This document shows, piece after piece, positions 58,904-64,000 of a DNA stretch of 64,000 bases. Below the pieces are notes generated by a model. That model saw nothing but the letters and a program-made list of their open reading frames with translations, had not been told where the DNA came from and did not search any database. Position numbers and translations under genes: made by a program. Source of the DNA: Amoebidium appalachense (taxonomy: Eukaryota > Protista > Ichthyosporea). The stretch lies in assembly GCA_963693365.1 (NCBI GenBank), contig CAVNZM010000007.1, positions 3,593,962 through 3,657,961 of the forward strand, written 5' to 3'. Each line of letters opens with the position of its first letter. Position 1 is the stretch's first letter.

Positions 58904-60961
58904 CTACTGCGATGTAGGGTGTCCGCCCCAAGGTCCCGTGGCGAGGCCCTGGTGTGACCAGACGGTGGCAATGGAGGCTTGCACGTCGCGGTGGGGCAGC
59001 CGGATGTAGACCATGAATGCGTCTGACGCCCAGCGGCCAAGGGCTTTGATGGTGGCGTCAGGTAGGCCCGCTCTCTCAGCTGCAGTGGCCCCCCCTATGC
59101 GCAGGCTGTGGCCGGCGTACCGGTCGGGGTCGTAGCCCGCATGGTGTAGAGCTGTGCGGAAACCGGCGATGAAGGTGCTCTTGAGGTAAGGGCTGCCGTC
59201 GACGCTGAACAGGGGTGCATCTGGGTGGATGCCTGCCCTGGTTGACGAGACCCCCAGGAAGAGGGCTAGATTGGCTGCTGGGCAGAAGGAAGGCTCCTCC
59301 GGGAAGGCGGGCACCCGGATGGTAACACCCTTGCCCGTGGGGTCGGTCTTAGATGTCGGCAGGAAGACTGTTGCCCCAATCAGGCGGCCATCCTGCCATA
59401 GGAGCTGGACGTCGCGACACTTGGCGTGAAGGAGGGGGTTGAACTTGGCCGCAGATTTGGACGTGAACTCGCCCGAGCGCAGGAGGCACGAGCTGCCAAG
59501 CAGCAGGGCAGCCCACAGACGCAGGGCCTCCAATGAAGAGCCCGGTTGGATGACTGGGAGGAGGGCGCGGAGGTCGGCTGGGAGGAGGGGCTCGAGCACT
59601 CGTTTGGGCCGGTGGCTGCCTTCCAGCAGCAGGAAGCGGCCAGCCCCGCGGATAAACCACTGAAGGCTCTGCTGGCCGGAGCCCGCTGGTTGTTAAATTC
59701 TATAAGTATTTAGGATGTAAGCAGAGACACAGTGGTGCAGTGTGAAAACACCACAGACACACACAACAACAAAACACGGAACGATCGGAGCAGTGTACAC
59801 AACAGACATCAATGTTTAGACACGACTGAACTCAATTTATTTTGATCGCTAATAAATACCTGAAATTCCCTTAAGTTAAATCCATACATGATTTCCGACC
59901 AGTCGGAAATCAGATCTATGTCTAAAATAACCAATCATAATTAACTGATTATTTCCCGGATAGATCCGGAGACGCGGGAACACACACCATAGGTCACAGC
60001 TATAAGAAAGAAAAGAGGTGAAGAGTAACGAGGAAAGAGGTGGTGTTTCTAACCTATCATCGGCTACAAAGACTCAGACATTTTCTGACTAAGTCCACTG
60101 ATTGGATATAGTACGGCAACACACAAAACAAAAGTGGTTGACTAAGCTATGAATCATACCTGACAAGCTAAAGTGTAACCTAAGTGTTTTTCTACCAATC
60201 AAAACATAACGAGTAATATAAATCTACTCAACGTATATTAGTGAGAGAGAAATATAATTAAATGAAAGGAAACAAGAGAAGAAAGAAAGAGAAAAGAAAA
60301 GACGAAGAAAGAGGAAAAAGAAAAGAAAGCAGGACAGAAAACACGAACAGCAAAACACAGTTATAACCGAAGATATTCATGTACACATAACATGTACACG
60401 TGTCTCCCTCACTGGGTAGACTCGTGTACCTATAATCAGTTGCTGTAATCGATATCTAAACACACGAATATAGCCGACACAACACGATTACAAGTACTCA
60501 AATACACTGGAGATCGATGTCATAATTTACGTACAAGGAGCACATCTTTTTCATTAAGTAAATGAATGAAAACATAACACGAACTGAGAAGATCTTACAA
60601 TATGTAAATACTACGTATTATAACACTGGTGGTGCCATGCCCAAGCTGCGGTGCAGGCTGTTGACGGCGGAGACGATGCTGGGCATGGTCCGGGCTTGCA
60701 CCGCACGCATGGCGCACCAGGCAAGGAACAGCTGCACTTGGGCTGGGCAGGCTGGCAGGTAGCCACCATCAGGATTGCGGCAGTCCATTGCGTAGATGAA
60801 GTCGATAAACTGGCGCTGGTAGGACGAGTAGGAGGACTCCGTGCTGTCGCCCACTGACAGCCGAGTGATGGTGCGGGCCACCTCCGGGACACGGGCCAAA
60901 ACCTCGGGGGTGAACCACTGGGCAAGCCTACCATGGTCGCCACCAAAGGGGAGCAAGCCAC
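58904..60961 (-). pseudogene. Tyrosine recombinase of a Ngaro/DIRS retrotransposon, interrupted by a solo LTR
   Basis: Catalytic set LRSGEF, SKTD, HSLRIG, GRW, YIR. N-terminal part ...GMAPP joins AGSGQQ... in frame after LTR removal. Confidence 0.92.
59691..60625 (-). mobile_element. Solo LTR (935 bp) with 5-bp TSD CTGGT
   Basis: TGTTA...TAACA termini; ctggt at 59686-59690 and 60626-60630. Confidence 0.92.
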
Positions 60962-61073
60962 CTGCAGGGACAGAGCTGGGTGAGCATCATGCCTAGAGTC
61001 CCAGGGGGGGGGGGGGGTAAAGGCAACGAGCGGGGTGGGCGGCAGGCAAGCGGGTGCACAGGCAGGCAAACAA

Positions 61074-61104
<31 letters not shown>

Positions 61105-61324
61105 AGCTAAAGGGCAGAGGATGCATGCAGCGCTGGCAGGGAGGTCGGGGGAAGGGGAGGGGGGGTATGCGCGCACAAGCCGCGGTGTAGGCGTGCGTGT
61201 GTGTGCGCTAGTGTGTGGGTGTGTATGAGCATGTGTGTGTAACACCGAGGTTAAGCATGCACGATCGAAGGGGCGGGTGGAGGGGGTGGCAGGGTGGGGT
61301 TGGGGGGGGGTTGGGGGGAGGGAA

Positions 61325-61376
<52 letters not shown>

Positions 61377-61667
61377 GACACGCCACAAGCAGTTGGCACT
61401 GCGGGCCAGCACAGAACAAAGAGGCACACCGTGTGTACACCGTAAGACCGTAATGTATTGTCCCAAACACTCCACCGGGTGAGTGAGGGAATCCGAGCGA
61501 ATTCGTGTAGTGGGGGGGGGCCGGCCCCGGCCGCCACTGCAGACCATGACTCGTGCGATATACAAAGTGGGAAGGGGGGAAGGGGGGGTGTCGGTGCCCC
61601 CCACAGCCCACACGCCAAGCCCAATACGAAGGCAAAGGAACAGGGGAGGGGGCTCGGCCCAGCCCCA

Positions 61668-62072
61668 TCACGAGAGAGGGGCAGCAAACCACCCCGCTAG
61701 CCACACAGGCACGGGTGTTGGGACTGGTGCGTGCCACGGGTGCAGCCGGTCGAAAGTGGCCCACTGTGCTCGCGAGATGGCATCCGCAATCGAGTTTTCC
61801 ACGCCAGGGATGTGCTTGGCCGAGACCAGCACCGTGTAGCGCATTTCCATCAGCGTGATGAGACGCAGCACCCGGGCAATGGCAGGGACGGGGGAGTGAC
61901 GGGACGCGATCGTAGATACTGCACCGTCGTTATCGGTGAGCACGCGTATGTGGCTGTTGCGACAGCTGGGACCCCAACAGGCCAGGGCCACGGCAATGCC
62001 AGCCAGCTCAAACAGCACGGAAGCCCACACATCTCCGCCAGCAATGACCGTGCGCCAATGGTCCGTCCATGG
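61668..62072 (-). pseudogene. DIRS/Ngaro RNase H, C-terminal part
   Basis: FELAGIAVALACWG...IRVLTDNDGAV...HIPGVENSIADAISR. Confidence 0.9.
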
Positions 62073-63221
62073 ACCCGTTTTTTACTGCTTTCAGTGTGTT
62101 AACTCCATGACTGAACTCCATGACTGAACTCCATGACTGAACTCCATGACTGAACTCCATGACTTAACTCCATGACTGAACTCCATGACTGAACTCCATG
62201 ACTTAACTCCATGTCTGCACCTGGCAGAGACGTGGCTTATATACCCGTGGGGCAGCAGTCTGGAATGTAATCCGGATGCCAGGCGCTAATCGGATTGGTT
62301 ACTTTCATTTAGAGATCTCTGGGACCAGTGAACCAATCGTTTGCAGTCAAAACACAATTGGCAACATTCCTCAACTATGCAGATGTGCATGTGGTGATCG
62401 AGTGTCAGCGTGTGTCTGTGTACACGGAACCAATTGTAAAGCTAACATACACATATTGTGGAGTGAGCGTAAGTCTGCACTCCAACACCCCTACCCAATT
62501 GGAGAAGTGTACACACCACTAGAGAAGAGAGAGTGAGTGTGGCTGCTTGCAGGGTAGACCGGGGTGTGCATTCCACTGTGGTGCGTGCCCCGCCAATGAA
62601 GTGGAATACTTGACGTTGATGTCGCAGGCTGCTGCGGATGGAGTTTGTGGAAGCGAAAGTCTCTACTTCACGGAAATACGCTCGCGGGTGTAGGGTACAG
62701 CCTAGAAGTCGGTTTCTGGCTCCTCCGTTCAAGGCGTCGTAGGGGACGTGAAGTTAGAGGCCGCGGTGTCGTGTCTGGGCCCATAACCCTGTTGGAAGTA
62801 GAGTCCGCTGTGACTAGGGTCGTCGTGGCGCGCTTGGGCGCTGACCCGTTTTTTTTACTGCTTTCAGTGTGTTAACTCCATGACTGAACTCCATGACTGA
62901 ACTCCATGTCTGAACTCCATGTCTGAACTCCATGTCTGAACTCCATGTCTGCACCTGGCAGAGACGTGGCTTATATACCCGTGGGGCAGCAGTCTGGAAT
63001 GTAATCCGGATGCCAGGCGCTAATCGGATTGGTTACTTTCATTTAGAGATCTCTGGGACCAGTGAACCAATCGTTTGCAGTCAAAACACAATTGGCAACA
63101 TTCCTCAACTATGCAGATGTGCATGTGGTGATCGAGTGTCAGCGTGTGTCTGTGTACACGGAACCAATTGTAAAGCTAACATACACATATTGTGGAGTGA
63201 GCGTAAGTCTGCACTCCAACA
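62072..63221 (-). mobile_element. Non-autonomous copia-type miniature LTR element (TRIM-like)
   Basis: 5' LTR 63221-62790 (TGTTGGA...TCCAACA); PBS GGGTTATGGGCCCAG 62789-62775; 302-bp interior; PPT GGGTAGGGG; 3' LTR 62487-62072 lacks its last ~54 bp. A 12-bp tandem (aactccatgact-type) differs in copy number between the LTRs. Confidence 0.88.
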
Positions 63222-64000
63222 GGGGGGGGGGGGAAGGAACCGGGGCAAAAACAACGAATATATATAACGTGTATAGGCGGTGTTTGATTAACTGGGTTTT
63301 AAACCAGTGAAAGATAGAGTAGAGTGATGGTACAGGTCAAACCTTATATATAAACCCTAAGTGGGCATACCCACAAAGGCAATACATATGAAATAATGAT
63401 GGTGGTAAAGTAGGTAGTAATCATTCCACTAACTGGTACTAACTGGGTCGGGGGCAGGGGTTTCGGAAACGCGGGCAGGCAGCACGGTAGGCTGGCTAGA
63501 AACGTGGATGGGAACGGCCGGACCTGGCAGCACGTGTCTTGCTGGCCGGGGTCGGGTGGTAATGGGGGGGAAACAGCTGCAGGGGTAGCTGTTGCCCGTG
63601 CAGAGCTGGTGGTAGCTGGCATCTCGACGAGGTTGGCCACGTGATGGGGGGAAACTGCTGCCGGAATGCAGGGCAGATCAATGGAATGTGAGGGGGCCAT
63701 TGACAGTGACGGCACGGTAAGGGGAGACATGGCCGAAAACAGGGTTGGAAATCCTGGAAGGAAGCAGGTTGGACACGGTAAACGGTTCTGGAGGGACTCA
63801 GGGTCGGGACTCCTAGGGAGGAGGGAAGCACAAAGGGCTTGGACGGGGTGGAACACGGTAGACTGGAAAGAAGTACCGAATTTGGATACTTCAGATGGAC
63901 TTGATGGATGAAGGTCAAGTCGGATCGAGACGGGGTGTCAAATTATCGTCGATTGGAACGCAGACGGGGTGTGAAATTATATTCGAATGCGGGTTGACGG

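Noticed and set aside
59686-60630. Solo LTR in YR as a perfectly spliceable GT...AG intron (minus strand GTGTTA...ACCAG)
   Set aside because: Splicing at those sites removes one extra G and shifts the frame; TG...CA ends with a 5-bp TSD explain it as an LTR.
62099-62215. 12-bp tandem array as a CRISPR
   Set aside because: No spacers; it is a simple tandem inside an LTR in a eukaryotic context with no cas genes.
63344-63918. ORFs 63344..63856 and 63496..63918
   Set aside because: Low-complexity Pro/Ser/Ala-rich sequence with no recognisable motif.

Overview
Eukaryotic genomic DNA with very microsatellite- and homopolymer-rich introns (poly-C/G, (CA)n, (GA)n). Two large multi-exon lipid-transport genes lie tail to tail: an SMP plus multi-C2 extended-synaptotagmin/tricalbin-like gene (+, ~7.6-36.3 kb) and a P4-ATPase flippase (-, ~56.5-37.9 kb). 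Transposon clusters flank them. On the left, the 5' half (gag and partial RT) of a Ngaro/DIRS tyrosine-recombinase retrotransposon is enclosed by a near-perfect 348-bp inverted repeat with inward-facing CCAAT/TATA promoter motifs and outer TATTGNCAATA arrays. Next to it are a decayed phage-type HNH-AP2 endonuclease and a GC-rich hairpin cluster. On the right is the 3' half of a Ngaro element (RNase H, YR, split direct repeats), interrupted by a solo LTR and by a copia-type miniature element with a half-tRNA-iMet primer site. The most unexplained signal is a ~450-nt non-coding, 5'-truncated, tandem-capable retroposon (7 copies) that ends at poly-C tracts. It carries a covarying ~190-nt pseudoknotted RNA fold and is a ribozyme/retrozyme candidate. 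All protein and RNA assignments come from reading motifs by eye; no searches were run.
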